Origin: Octopus vulgaris
Taxonomy: Eukaryota
Assembly: GCA_951406725.2 (NCBI GenBank)
Contig: OX597828.1
Coordinates: forward strand, 41,416,001 to 41,480,000
DNA: 64,000 bases
Direction: 5' to 3'
In this document: piece after piece, positions 29,114 to 43,025 of the stretch
How the letters are laid out: each line of letters opens with the position of its first letter
How positions within the stretch are numbered: position 1 is the first letter of the stretch
Program-made: the position numbers and the translations under genes
Notes under the pieces: model-generated
What the model saw: only the letters and a program-made list of their open reading frames with translations
Databases searched by the model: none
What the model was told of the DNA's origin: nothing

Positions 29114-30137
29114 TATATGGTTATGAAAAGAAACTGTAAAATAGACTACCAACATCTCCATCAATGACTTAACTGTTTCCCCTGTACCTGTCATAAGACT
29201 TGAACGGCATCTCCTTGGGGTAGATGAAAGCATCTTACGGTGACACCTCTAACAAGAAACGTATCACTAAATATTACAGCAGAATAAGGAAAATATGGAC
29301 TCTCTGCATTCAATAAAGCTGTGGACCACAATGTGTTTGCAGTGCCAGTACTCATACCAACATTTGGGCTACCTGATTGGACGCTTGATGAGATCCGAGC
29401 CATTGATGTGAAAATTCGGAAGATACTAACCAGCACACATAATTTCCATATTACCAGTGACGTAGACAGCGTCTACCTAAAACGAAAACGAGGCAGCGGA
29501 GGCTTAGCATCGATCCAAAATGCCTTCGAATGTCGCATCATATCCCTTCGGCAACACCTTTTAACTACCTAGTGTCGATGTGCATCCCTTGACCAAGTTT
29601 GCATACATGAGGCTGATAACATCAAAAGACTTGGAAGACATCTTGTGTGATAACCTTAAATACATGCCCAAAAAAGTCGCATGACTCTAACGCAACGTAT
29701 CATCCGATGAAAGGATAAGCGTATATGAGCAGAAGACCGTGCATGGATATGTTAGTAGAAAACTCGGGGATGATAGTAACATTGATCATCAAAGCAGTCT
29801 AAATTGGACCAACAACCGGATAACTAACTCCCATTTTAGAGAGTATGCGTTTGCAATCCAGGAACAGGAAATATCAACGAAATACCTGTTGCAGAGAAGG
29901 GATAGAGATGCAGGAAAAGCAGTAAAATGTGACAACCGATACAGACTTTGTGGAGTTAACACAGAAAATATCACCCGCAACATAAGTAGTTATCCGTCGG
30001 AAGGATAACCCCGAGGCCAAAGAAATAAAAAACTACAGTATGGTATAAAAGCCATAGCTATTCATAATAAAAAGGAGTAATGGTGGAATGTCTCAGTGAT
30101 AACCCCAATAGAATTTAAACATAATAGATCTGACATA

Positions 30138-30514
30138 CACTTGCGTCAGAAATTAATTAGCACTTCTCAAATTTCTACATTAAATAGGTTAAATCAATTA
30201 ACCTATGAGCTGTTCAAAACGTCTTACGCGATGAGAAAACTTAGTATGGTGTGATTTCGGTCCTTGCGAGGCGCTACCTATATCTATTAAACAAAGGAAG
30301 ATTTGTCTGCATCCGCACTCCAATTTGTTGCACTGCTATGTCAACATCATAAGGCTGTAGACTCTCAAACTGCTCTGCAAACAAAGTTACGTCATCGTTC
30401 TGCGCAACAGTGAACTCGCAACAAAGCAATAGTTCGAGATATGGCCACTAGGTGACAGCACATACCTTGAGTGAAGAGCAAATCAAGAGTGCTAATTAAT
30501 TTCTGACGGTAGTG
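30138..30514. mobile_element. Tc1/mariner-type MITE
   Basis: 27-bp TIRs cacttgcgtcagaaattaattagcact / agtgctaattaatttctgacggtagtg; TA TSD (30136-37, 30515-16); removing it restores the LINE frame. Confidence 0.9.
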
Positions 30515-30850
30515 TAGTCATTTGGGATTGTGAAGAGAAACTGTGTGCAGTTGTGCAAATCAGCTGCCCAGCGGATGTTAACGTGAAGTTAATCAGTGGA
30601 AAAGAGAATATCTACGCTGAACTATTGAGGAATCTACAGCTAGTCTATCCAGATCACAAGTTCAGGTTTATACCTGTAATAATTGGGGCAGTGGGATATG
30701 TAACACACCGCCTAAATGCCAATGTTGAGAAATTAGGCTTCTTAAAACCAGAAAGGGGAAAGCTAATTCGAAGACTACAGATCCAATCCATCACTGGAAG
30801 TGTAAATATCTGTATAACTTTCCAGAAGTTTATGTATGAGCTTGTCTAGC

Positions 30851-31086
30851 TCTTTACTCTTTTACTCTCTTTTACTTGTTTCAGTCATTTGACTGCGGCC
30901 ATGCTGGAGCACCACCTTTAGTCGAGCAAATCGAACCCAGGACTTATTCTTTGTAAGCCCAGTACTTATTATATCGGTGTCTTTTGCCGAACCGCTAAGT
31001 GACGGGGACGTAAACACACCAGCATCGGTTGTCAAGTAATGCTAGAGGGACAAACACAGACACACAAACATATACACACACATACG

Positions 31087-31120
<34 letters not shown>

Positions 31121-31249
31121 TACGACAAGGCATTGGTCGGCCCGAGGCTATAGCAGAAGACACTTGCCCAAGATGCCACGCAGTGGGACTGAACCCGGAA
31201 CCATGTGGTTGGTTAGCAAGCTACTTACCACACAGCCACTCCTGCGCCT
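30851..31249 (-). mobile_element. SINE family B
   Basis: Reverse complement of the family consensus. Confidence 0.9.
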
Positions 31250-31696
31250 ATGTAACTATACGCGTGAGAATACATACATGATACAAAACATACAAATCTG
31301 CACATATACATACATACAAAAAACCTTGTTGATGTTGGAATTCCAATGAAGGAGCCTTGGCCCTGGGTTAGAAACCGGCTCCTTCCCTATTGGCAAGAAA
31401 TCTTGAACAGTGACATGCATACACATACAGCTGTTTCAGTAAAACAGCTGCCCTGATTTCTTGACTTCCATAATTAGAACTCTGCTGATTGTTTATTAAA
31501 TTGATTAATTGTCATTAAATAGCATATATTACTTTAAATAGCATATATTATTAGAGTATGACGGTCAGCCTGTCAAATTATGCAGAGGCAGGGAAACACT
31601 TTACACTGCTTTAAATCCAGTTGGTTTCATACCAGAAGCCACGTAAGCACATGTTCTGCCCCACGGAACGACATATAGCTAATAACAATTAGATAC

Positions 31697-31910
31697 TGGT
31701 TTCAAATTTTGGCACAAGGCCAGTAATTTCGGGAGAGGGGACGAGTCAATTACGTCGATCCCAGTGTGCAACTGGGACTTATTTTATTGTCCCCCGAAAG
31801 AATGAAAAGTAAAGTCAATCTCAGCGGAATTTGAACGCAGAGCGTAACGACGGATGAAATGACGCTAAGCATTTTGGCCGGTGTGCTAACAATTCTTCCC
31901 GTTCGCCACC
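31697..31910 (-). mobile_element. SINE family A, diverged
   Basis: Reverse-complement similarity to family A. Confidence 0.75.
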
Positions 31911-31965
31911 TCAATAATAATAATAATAATAATAATGATAATAATAATAATAATAATAATAATAA

Positions 31966-32027
<62 letters not shown>

Positions 32028-32040
32028 ATAATAATAATAA

Positions 32041-32299
32041 ATGCCCTGATGCAGTACCAGGCAGTGGCTCTCGTGGCTTCTGATCTTAACTGATTGGAAG
32101 TGTTATCATGTACATTGTTTTGTCTTGGTATAAAAGATGGGCTACAGCAAATATTTTGCTCAATGCTACAGATTTGCTTGTCAGTTGTTTGACCTTAACC
32201 AGTTGAGCATGTCCCTTAGTGGCTGACGATATGTGCATCTCTGATCACGAGCAGAAGTAATGGGGGAGCATCATAACCATGTGTTGAGAGGGATTCTTT
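32041..32299 (+). mobile_element. Unclassified (TAA)n-associated repeat, 5' part
   Basis: 32150-32299 matches the reverse complement of 56845-56997. Confidence 0.75.
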
Positions 32300-32371
32300 A
32301 GTAGTAGTAGTAGTAGTAGTAGTAGTAATAGTAGTAGTAGTAGTAGTAGTAGTAATAATAATAGTTCACGT

Positions 32372-32770
32372 TAATGGTACGAACATGAGCCTGAGAGAGT
32401 TACCGAGAACAACGAATATAAGATACTGTAGGATTTTACAATCCAATGTGACTCCCTAATCGAGGCTCGGAGACCAGATATTGTTGTGGTAGATAAAGGG
32501 AAAATGGAGACCAAGATCATAGATATTGCAATACCTGGAGACGCACGCATAAGTGATAAAGAACTAGAAAAAAATTGAAAAGTACAGACTACTAAAAGAC
32601 GAAATTGCAAGAATGCCTGTCATTCCAGTAGCTGTGGGGGCACTCGGAGCACTAGAAAGTAAGTTCGAGAAATATGTCAGAGAAATCGGAATTGAGATGA
32701 GAGCAGAGCAAACCCCCCAAAACTGCTCTGCTGGGGATAGCTACGATCTTGAGATTGGTACTTGGATGTT
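32372..32770 (+). mobile_element. R4/Dong-like LINE 3' fragment (RLE)
   Basis: WYEHEPERVTENNEYKIL*DFTIQCD..ARRPDIVVVDK..IIDIAIPGD; lies beside (TAG)/(TAA) repeats. Confidence 0.85.
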
Positions 32771-32903
32771 GAATGTCTCCCATGATAATTAACAATCAAG
32801 TATCAGAGTTTATAATTTGTGGAAAGAGACCCTGTGAGGCCTCTGACAGCAGGCTGCTGTCCGCTCTCACAGAATCTACCAGAACAAGGAACAAACATAT
32901 ATA

Positions 32904-32982
<79 letters not shown>

Positions 32983-32984
<2 letters not shown>

Positions 32985-33730
32985 GCTCATGTAGTTTCGC
33001 ATCTCTCCTTGAAAAATGCATTTTTTTAAAAAACATCTTAGATGTCGGAGATTCCAAATATGCCAAAAAAAAAAAGAGAAAGAAATTACACACTCCCCCC
33101 ACTTAAAATTTTGATCTTTTTAGAAATTTTTTTTCCTATTTTTTAGATGACAGAGATTCCGAATATGCAAGAAACCAAGTTTTCAAAATTTTAAATTCAA
33201 TAAGTATATAGTTATGGGTATAAAGAGATAGATAGATGTGAATGTCTTCCTGGGGCTAAAAACAACAGTAACACTGTCTTCTATAGAACTGCCACTTTTA
33301 GTTGACAAACATATTTTATGAATAAACGGACAGAGATAAATGGATGAAAAAGTTCAAAATTTAAAATTGGGAGTTGAGCCCCTTATTAAACTTTATAACA
33401 TTAATTATTAAACATCCATGTTTGTTTCTCGTAAAATGGTGTATATTTATTTTACATTAAATTATTATTTACGATTATTTAAGGCAAATTCTTTTCACTT
33501 TAATGTTTTTGTCTGTATTTAATTTCGATTTGCATATGTTCAACAATTTGCTATGATCTCTTTAAAGTAAACAAAATCAAAAATCTAAATTGGGGGAGGG
33601 GGTGAAATTAAAAAACAATTCTTTTTTTTTTTTACATTTTCATTATCTCCGACATTTAAAACGTAGAAATCCGAAAAAAAATGTTTCCAAAAGATGCATT
33701 TTTCAAGGAGAGGCGCGAAACTGCATTAGC

Positions 33731-33732
<2 letters not shown>
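32983..33732. mobile_element. MITE with long imperfect TIRs in (TA)n, superfamily unassigned
   Basis: gggctcatgtagtttcgcatctctccttgaaaaatgcat / atgcatttttcaaggagaggcgcgaaactgcattagccc, with further subterminal similarity. Confidence 0.85.
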
Positions 33733-33771
<39 letters not shown>

Positions 33772-33882
33772 AAAAACCCAGTTGTTTGCAATGTTATACC
33801 GTAAAGTAATATAGTCATCTACTAAACTTGACTAAGGGTGTCAACTTTAGTTGACGATTGTAATTTTCCTATATGCGCGCGC

Positions 33883-33913
<31 letters not shown>

Positions 33914-34501
33914 GATGTGCAACTCATAAATCAATCAAGATTAAGTAAATATCTACAGGATGAAATCAGACTGGCATCGACAAAAACTAAATCAAAAGGT
34001 TGATTAAACTACTTCAGAGATAAGAATGGTAAACCACGCACGTTTTATGCCTGTGGTATGCGCGCGTACATGGACTCGTTGACCTGTCAACGGATGTCTC
34101 TATATACTGAAAATGTTGATAAATGAATGTCTTTGTATAGTAATTGCATGATCTTTTGGGATAAGTTGGGCAACTGTATCGACGATTGTACATAATAAAG
34201 ACAAAAATTTAGCACACACGGTTTTTATTAACCATGTATTATAAAAAATACATTCATAAATAAAGTACAAAACTGGGAATGGTTATTATCGGTTTAGCCC
34301 AGGGAAAGTAAATTCGGCCTAGCCTAATCCAGAGACAAGTTAATTCGACTTTATAACAATAATTATTAATCAATTAACTGTGAGGTATGCCTCCATATAT
34401 TTATATTAATGTTTACCTATATGGGTTTTTATTACATTACTGATAATTAATTGATTTTATTTTTAATTATGTATATATATATACAAAGTAATATATATAT
34501 A

Positions 34502-35189
34502 CAAAGTAATTTATTTTACTAAGCCCTTTTATATAATGTAATAATTTGAATTCGCCTTAAATGGTCCCTTTGTATACTGAATACTTGGTGAAATTGATTA
34601 ATTAATTAATTTTACCCTAAATTGTTGAAATTATAATTCATCTCTCTCTATATAATGCCTCGGATTTTACCGAAAAAAGCATAGTGTTTGCTGATTTTAA
34701 CCCACGCTGGTGGAAAGGGGAGAGCAGAAATTCTTCGCTTGCATATTTGAATTTGCTGGCACTGTTAGTTTTGAGCAGATCTTCAGAAGTGATAACAAGC
34801 CGAAAGGGTATGCTCCCACTTTCAGTGTTTTCAAATCCAAACCAGGGAGTTCTGAGCTGATGATAGAAGTGTCGATTTTGACTAATCTTGAAACGTACGT
34901 TCTCAAATAACCTTTGCATTTGATTTTTTTAATGTCTCTACCCCCATACTTTTGTGAGTTGAATTGAGCAAACACTATATGAGAGAGGTTTTCTTTAAGT
35001 ATTGGAAATAGTTTTTGAAAAAGTTTTTTTTTAGCTGCTATTTCTAATGAGTTCAGTATGCGGCAAAGTAATTTATTTTACCAAGCCCTTTTATATAATG
35101 TAATAATTTGAATTCGCCTTAAATGGTCCCTTTGTATACTGAATACTTGGTGAAATTGATTAATTAATTAATTTTACCCTAAATTGTTG

Positions 35190-35196
<7 letters not shown>
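34502..35196. repeat. ~133-bp near-identical direct repeats (34502-34635, 35064-35196) flanking a unique core, between TA runs
   Basis: Direct sequence identity; arrangement resembles tandem pLTRs. Confidence 0.8.
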
Positions 35197-35243
<47 letters not shown>

Positions 35244-35740
35244 TATATATATAAAAGTAAGGTTTAACGCCACCTAAACACCGGTGTTCCCTAGGAACCG
35301 GCGATGCGGCTATTTCAATCCCCAGGATAACGCCTCCTTCAACTGGTTATTCAGTGCACTTTACATTCGATATATATTGCAAGCGGGGAGAGAACTCCCT
35401 TCTATTTTAGTCCCGCGACCACCAGACTGTACGGTTTCGACTTCTTTATTTTCAGCCTCGGTAATGGATACTCGTCCGCTAGCCATATCAGTGACATGCA
35501 ATAAGTGACATGCAATCACTGATCTTGCAATAAGCAAACTAGCTAGTTTAGAACATCTCTATAAGAGATGAAAGCAGTCCTCATCAACTTTGATCCGGCA
35601 AAACATCAAGGATGTGATAGCGGCAGTACTGGGTGGAACAAAAAAAGTAATGTCTTGTCCTCGACACAATGCACTTTTCAATCCCGATATCGAACCCGCG
35701 AGCTTATGATCGTGAGCCAAACACCCTAAGTACTAATATA

Positions 35741-36075
35741 AAGACTCTAAAAAAGACTCCGCCGGTTACGACGACGAGGGTCCCAGCTGATACGATCAAC
35801 GGAACAGCTTGCTCGTGAAATTAACGTGCAAATGGCTGAGCATTCCACAGACACGTGTACCCTTAACGTAATTCTCGGGGATAATCAGCGTGACACAGAG
35901 AGTGACAAGGCTGACCCTTTGAAATACAAGTACAACTCATTTTTGCCAGCTGAGTGGACTGGAGCAACGTGAAATAAAGTGTCTTGCTCAAGGACACAAC
36001 GCGTCGCCGGGAATCGAACTCACAACCTTACGATCATGAGCCGAATGCCCTAACCACTAAGCCACGCGCCCTCAC
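35741..36075 (-). mobile_element. tRNA-derived SINE with 13-bp TSD, nested in an older SINE head
   Basis: TSD AAGTACTAATATA at 35728-35740 and 36076-36088; 3' half shared with the 25402 SINE. Confidence 0.9.
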
Positions 36076-36119
36076 AAGTACTAATATACGCACCGTCACA
36101 TACACGCAAGTAAATATAA

Positions 36120-36790
36120 TACGTGTGTGTGTGTGTGTGTGTGTGCGTGATAGAGTGTATGTGTGTGAGGAAGTGTGTTTGTGTGTGAGGACGTGTATTT
36201 CTGTGTTAGGGTGTGTGTGTATGTGAGGGAGTATGTGTGTGAGAGGGAGTGTGTGCGTGTGTGAGGGAGTGTGTGTGTGTGCAAGGGTGTGTGTGTAAGG
36301 GAGTGTGTTTGTGTGTGATGGAGTGTATGTGTGAGGGAGTATGTGTGTAGGAAGGAGAGGGAGTGTTTGCGTGTGTGAGGGAGAGTGTGTGTGAGGGAGT
36401 GTGTGTGTGAGGGAGTTTGTGTGTGTGTGAGAGTGTGTGCGTGTGTGATGGAGTGTGTGCGTGTGTGAGGGAGTGTGTGCGTGTGTAAGTGTGTGTGCGT
36501 GTGAGGAAGTGTGTGCGTGTGTAAGGGTGTGTGTGTGTGAGGGAGTATGTGTGTAAGAGGGAGAGGGAGTGTGTGCGTATGTGAGGGAGAGTGTGTGTGA
36601 GGGAGTGTGTGTGTGAGGGAGTGTGTGTGTGAGGGAGTATGTGTGTAGGAAGGAGAGGGAGTGTTTGCGTGTGTGAGGGAGAGTGTGTGTGAGGGAGTGT
36701 GTGTGTGTGAGGGAGTTTGTGTGTGTGTGAGAGTGTGTGCGTGTGTGAGGGAGTGTGTGCGTGTGTGAGGGAGTGTGTGTGTGTGTCTCA
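36120..36790. repeat. Compound (GT)n/GAGGGA minisatellite
   Basis: Repeated gtgtgtgagggag units. Confidence 0.9.
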
Positions 36791-37142
36791 AACTACACCA
36801 TCACGCCACACGCTTGGCTCATGAACCTTGCATGATATTTTGAGGTAAAAATATAATAATAATTATTTTTGTTCGAATGCTTCAGAGAATTTTTAAATTA
36901 CTTATCTCTATCTCTCTGTCTATCTGACGACCTGTCTGTTTCTCTCTCTCTCTCTGCTCTGCTCTATTTGATGCAATGCCCATTATATTTACTCTACTCT
37001 CTTGTGTTTAATCATCCTGACTATTTGTTGACAAAGCATATGAAAATTACTTATTTCTTACTCTTTTTTTTTCTTCTTATGACACAGCTGTTGTATTATA
37101 GACTCGGATAGTTTTCATAATAATAATGATTATAATAATAAA

Positions 37143-37350
37143 CCTTTTTACTATAGACACAAGGCCTGTACTTTTGGGGGCAGGGGGGGACTAATGGATT
37201 TTATCGACGCCAGTAATGAACTGGTACTTATTTTATCGATCCCGAGAGGATGAAAGGAAATTCGACCTCGGCGGAATTTGAAATCAAAATGTAACGATAG
37301 ATGAAATGCGGCTAGGCATTTTGCCCGGCGTGCTAACGATTCTACCAGCC
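37143..37350 (-). mobile_element. SINE family A, diverged
   Basis: Reverse-complement similarity to family A. Confidence 0.75.
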
Positions 37351-37360
37351 CACTGCTTTC

Positions 37361-37393
<33 letters not shown>

Positions 37394-37472
37394 TCCCAGG
37401 AGGACCATGTCTCAGAGAAATCCAAAAGATTGTGTTGACAATTACTACCAACATCCTTAGATGTTGCCGGCC

Positions 37473-37857
<385 letters not shown>

Positions 37858-37938
37858 AATAATGATAATAATAAGGCCGGCATCATCAAAATTGAAAATT
37901 GTGTAACTAAAGAAAATTTTTTAAAAAGAATGAACATA

Positions 37939-37977
<39 letters not shown>

Positions 37978-38620
37978 AAAAAGAAAATGCATGGTCAGTT
38001 TGCAAGAAATGTGAACGCCAAGACAGATGCAGAGGACTGGTGGCTATGGATGAGGAGGAGAGACTTGAAGATAGAGACAGAAGTACTCATATGCGCAGCT
38101 CGAGAAGAGGCTTTAAGGACCAATTATTTGAAGCGCATAATTGACAACACTACCGATAGCGACAACAATTGCAGAATGTGCGGTGAGACGGGCGAAACGG
38201 TATGGCACATCGTTAGCGAAAGCTCGAAATTGGCCCAACGCAAATACAAAAGACGACATGACAATGTGGCAAGAATGTTCCATTGGGAACTCTGTGGAAA
38301 TCACGGCCTACAAAGAGCAAAGACGTGGTATCAACAAACCTCGAATGAGTCACAAAAAAATGAGAATTTCAAAATCCTGTGGGATGCAATGATCCAGGGC
38401 GATCACCTGACCAGACATAGGAAACCGGACATTGCTGTGGAGGAAGAACATGTATGTGTATCGACATAGCACGCACCGGTGACAGCAGGATCAATGTGAA
38501 AGGAGGAGAAAAATTAAACAACTACGACGATTTAAAGTGGGAAATACGAAGGTTGTGGTCAATGAAGAAAGTAGACATGATACCAATAGTAATTGGTGCA
38601 CTTGAAAGTATCAGCACTGT
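37978..38620 (+). mobile_element. R4/Dong-like LINE 3' fragment
   Basis: KKMHGQF..ETEVLICAAREEALRTNY..CRMCGETGETVWHIVSE..YKRRHDNVA..RKPDIAV. Confidence 0.92.
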
Positions 38621-38883
38621 TTCTTACTCGTGAACAATCTAGTAGAGGCTCACTTCCATCTCACTTCTAGCACAGCATACACATCGACCTGCGACGCTCC
38701 ATCTTTCCCATAATCTCACCAGACCTACCTTTCATTGTGCCAATGTTTATGGTAGTGGTCCTAAAATTGTAGTGGCAGTGGGAAGACAGTCATTGTAGGA
38801 TTTTCATCAGTATCTGAAAAGATCTGCACAAACGCTTGCCAAGTAGCAGAGAGCTTTGGTACATTGTTTATTCAATTCAATGG

Positions 38884-38959
<76 letters not shown>

Positions 38960-38961
<2 letters not shown>

Positions 38962-41092
38962 TAGTTTTATTTTTATAGCGTGCTTTCACTTCACTACCGA
39001 GCGCAGCTCTGTGTGCCTTGGGTATGTGCTGTGATTTGTTGTGATGCTCTGATGGTTATTGTATGGAAGGTGTTCTGCGTAGGATGTGTGCAGTGCCTAG
39101 TAGTGCAATTTTCTGTATGTTATATGTGTTTGTAAGTCCTGGTGTTTTTGTTATGTATTTGTCTGAATATTTTTTTATCATGCCTAATGCACCTACTATG
39201 ATAGGAATTGTTTCTGTTTTTAGATTCTACGTTCTAGTTACCTCTATTTCCAGGTCTTTTGAAAGTTTCTCCATTTCTTTTAGAGACATGTTGTCATCTG
39301 CTGGTATTGATACATCAATTAGAAAGCATTTTTTTTCTTCATGATCTCCGACAACTATATCTGGTCTGTTGGCCTTAATTTCTCTATCTGTGTGTATTGG
39401 CATATCCCAGAGTATGGTTGCTTTCTCGTTTTCTGTGACCTTTTCTGGTGTGTGCCTATACTATCTTTTTTCTGTTGTTATTCCATAATGTTGGCATAGC
39501 TTCCAGTATATGTAGGTCCCAACTCTGTCGTGTCTGTGAATATTTTCCTTCTTAGCCAGGACTGGGCAGCCAGAGATAATATGAAATATTTTTTTTTTGT
39601 TCATCTCCACATATTCTGCAGTTACTTGTTATATTTCCTTTCATTACATGTTTTTGGTAATTTCTGGTGGGGAGGCTTTGGTCTTGTGCTGCAATTAAAA
39701 ATCCCTCTGTCTCTGCTTTGAGTCCTGAGCTTCTCAACCATTGCTGGGATTTTTCTTTGTCTATTTCTTTTGCGTTTAGTTTAGTCCAGTATTTGCCATG
39801 AAGGGGCTTTTCTTGCCATCGTTTTATCATGGTTCGTTGCTGTTCTAGTTTTAGTTTAGATTTCATTTGTTTTATAGCTTTTGTTGTTTCTTCACCTTCT
39901 TCTTCTTCTTCTTCTTCTTCTTCTTCTTCTTCTTCTTCTTCTTCTTCTTCTTCATATTTGTTAGGTGGTATGATTTCTTGTTTGTATTTGTCAGCTTCCT
40001 TAAATACTGAGAACAGTTTTTTGTTTTGCCACTATTTGTATCAGTTTTCCTTCCTTCTGAAGTAGATATTTTTGCAGTCCTATGGTGGTTATTTTATAGT
40101 AGTTTTCCAGCTGTATAAGGCCTCTACCACCTTCTATACGTTGTATATATAACCTTTCTATGTCAGATTTTGGGTGATGCATCCTATCATTATTTTTCTT
40201 GTTTTCCAATCTATTTTGGTCAGTTCATTTAGTGTCCAGTTAAGGATATTGTAGCTGTAACTTATAACTTGGACGGCTAAAGTGTTAATACCTATTATCT
40301 TGTTTTTAGCATTGAGCTCTGTTTTCAGTATTGATCTAACTCGTCTATAATATTATTTTTTTATTTTCTCTTTCATTTGTGTGTGTTGTGTCTTATCTAG
40401 TTCATGGATTCCTACGTATTTGTAAGTCTGGCTTTGGTCTGATTCTTTTATTTCATTGGTTTTATCTAGGGTGATGTTGCTACTCTTAACTAGTTTTCCT
40501 CTTTTCAGGGTTACTTTGGCGCATTTTTCAAATCCGAATTTCATATCTATTTCTTTGGTAAATCCATGAACTGTCTTTAGTTGTGTTTCCAGCTGTTTGT
40601 CATTTGCAGCGTATAGTTTTAGGTCATCCATATATAAAAGGTGGCTGATCGTTTAGCCGTAACATTTATATCCGTATCCAGTTCTATTTAGCATAACAAA
40701 TAGAGGTGACAGTGCCAAGCAGAAAAGGAGTGGAGAGAGCGTGTCTCCCTGGAATATTCCTCTTCTAATGGGGATGGCTTTGGTTTTCACCAGTCCCTCT
40801 TTTGTTTGGAGCTGTAGCACGTCTGCCATTTATTCATAGAGTGTCCTATGTATTTTATAATTGTTGGTGCTACTTTGTTAATGGCTAGTGTTTCGAGGAT
40901 CCATGTGTGGGAGATGCTATCAAACGCTTTACTGTAGTCGATCCAGGCCATACAGAGGCCTTTCTTCTTTCTGTGGCTGTCTTCAGTTATGACTTTATTG
41001 ATCATTAGTTGATCTTTACAGCCATATGAGCCTTTGCGGCATCCTTTCTGCTCTTCTGGAAACAGGTTGTTTTCGTCCAGGTGCTTGTTCAA
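38960..41092 (-). mobile_element. R4/Dong-like LINE, 2.1 kb, RT to RLE, flanked by (TAA)n
   Basis: EQKGCRKGSYGCKDQL..WIDYSKAFDS, YMDDLKLYA, HHPKSDIERLY..GGRGL, PLHGKY..ETEGFLIAAQDQSLPTRNY..CRICG; many frameshifts. Confidence 0.95.
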
Positions 41093-41094
41093 TC

Positions 41095-41194
<100 letters not shown>

Positions 41195-41205
41195 ATAGTA
41201 GTAAA

Positions 41206-41378
41206 GGCGGTGAGCTGGCAGACTCGTTAACCCGATCCAAAAATGCTTAGCGGCATTTCGTCCGTCATTACGTACTGAGTTCAAATTCTGCTGGGGTCGA
41301 CTTTGCCTTTCATCCTTTCGGGGTCGATAAATTAAGTGCCAGTGAAACACTGGGGCAGGCCTTGTGTCTTTAGTAGAA
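41206..41378 (+). mobile_element. SINE family A
   Basis: Matches the family A consensus. Confidence 0.8.
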
Positions 41379-41435
41379 ATGATTATCATTAGTAGTAGTA
41401 GTAGTGTGTGATGGTGGTGGTGTGTGAATGTGTGG

Positions 41436-41477
<42 letters not shown>

Positions 41478-41813
41478 CAACAGTAGCAGCATATTACTAT
41501 TGAGCGCTTTTTTTTTTTACATAACATCCAATTTGTTCAAATGATATATTTTTCAAAAAGACAAAAGTGATTGGCCATCAATTTAAATATAGAGTACAAA
41601 GTTCTAAAAAATTTTCTCTCTGTTCGCCTGACACAACCATTAACGCATCAATGAAAATTTGGTTATTAGAAATGATTTTATGTGGAGGAAGAACACGTAT
41701 GTATATCGACATAGCACGCCCAAGTGACAGCAGGATCAATGTGCATAGAAACTCAAAGAAGCGTATAATGACTTCGCTCATTCCCACGCTGTATATATAT
41801 ATATATATATATA

Positions 41814-42965
41814 TTAGGTTGTCAAGAAAGTTCTTGCGGAATTTTTAATTTTGGTTTTAAATGATGTATTTTCAAATCAATTTTCGTTAAATTACTTTGA
41901 CTTTATATATCATTTTAAAGTCCGTTCTTCGCTCTATCAAATCGTGCTACTATTTTTTTCTTTTTGAATAATTAGGCCATTTTTTCCGGAATGTTGAATA
42001 CAACATGGACAAAAAGAAAATTCGTACAATTTTCTTATTCCAGTTCAAGCTAGGCCAAAAAGCTGCTGAAACAGCTCACGATATCAACGATGCGTTTGGC
42101 GCAGGAGCCACTAATGAACATACAGCACAATGATGGTTCAAGAAATTTCTTAGCAGTGACGAGAGTCTTGAAGATGATAAGAGTAATGGTCGGCCGTCGG
42201 ATGTTGACAACGATCAACTAAGAGCCTTAGTCGAAGCCAATTCACGCACACCTGTTCGAGATCTTGCTTCTGAATTAGACGTAACGTATACGACAATTTC
42301 CAACCGCTTGAAAAAGATTGGAAAAATAAAAATACTTGAGAAAGAGGTGCCGCGCGAATTGAACGACAAAAAGAAAAAAAAGGAACAAAATAAAAAACGT
42401 CGTTTTGAAGTGTCGTCTTCTCTTCTGCAACAAGAACGACTCGTTTCTCGACCGGATTGTGACTTGCGATGAAAAGTGGATTCTTTACGACAACCGGCGA
42501 CGCTCAGCTCAGTGGTTGGACGCCGACGAAGCTCTACGACACTTCCCAAAGCCAAAGTTGCACCAAAAGAAGGTCATGGTGACTGTTTGGTGGTTTGCGA
42601 CCAGTCTCATCCACCACAGCTTTCTGAAACCAGGCGAAACCATTACGGCGGAAAAGTACTGTCAGCAAATGGATGAAATGCATAAGAAACTCCGACAACA
42701 ACAGACAACATTGGTCAATAGAAAAGGACCAATTCTTCTCCACGACAACGCTCGACCGCACGTCGTACAACTGATCCTGCAGAAGTTGAACGAATTGGGC
42801 TACGAAACTCTGCCTCATCCGCTATTCTCGCCATTCTCGCCTACCGACTACCACTTTTCCAAGCATCTCGACAAGTTCCTGTGTGAGAAATGCTTCAAAA
42901 ACCAAGACGATGTCAAACACGCCTTCAACGACTTCATCGCCACCAGAATGCAAGATTTTTACGAA
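41814..42965 (+). mobile_element. Mariner (DD34D, Hsmar1/cecropia-like), decayed, lacking 3' TIR
   Basis: TA|ttaggttg TIR start; ATG 42005 MDKKKIRTIFLFQFKLGQKAAETA; TCDEKW, HDNARPH, SPTDYH; stops and frameshifts. Confidence 0.92.
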
Positions 42966-42984
42966 GACCGTAAATACCCAGAAA

Positions 42985-43025
42985 CTGACGACGAGTAAAT
43001 ACCCAGAAACTCGGAAACGTGCGTA
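42985..43025 (+). ncRNA. Partial hammerhead motif (stem I 5' strand missing)
   Basis: CTGACGA-cgagt..actcg-GAAA-cgtgcg-TA. Confidence 0.55.

Larger units (their letters stand above)
28555..30840 (+). mobile_element. R4/Dong-like restriction-like-endonuclease (RLE) LINE, decayed, interrupted by a SINE and a MITE
   Basis: FMGDLKLYA (RT YMDD-like), NFHITSDVDSVYLKRKRGSGGL, AIQEQEISTKY..RLCG..E zinc knuckle, NRSDIVIWD..QISCP (PD-D/E), FIPVIIGAVG. Confidence 0.88.

Noticed and set aside
31340-31392. SECIS element
   Set aside because: ATGA is present but the 3' GA of the quartet is missing and the spacing is wrong.
42005-42998. SETMAR-like domesticated gene
   Set aside because: No SET domain; it has stops, frameshifts and a TIR, so it is a decayed mariner.
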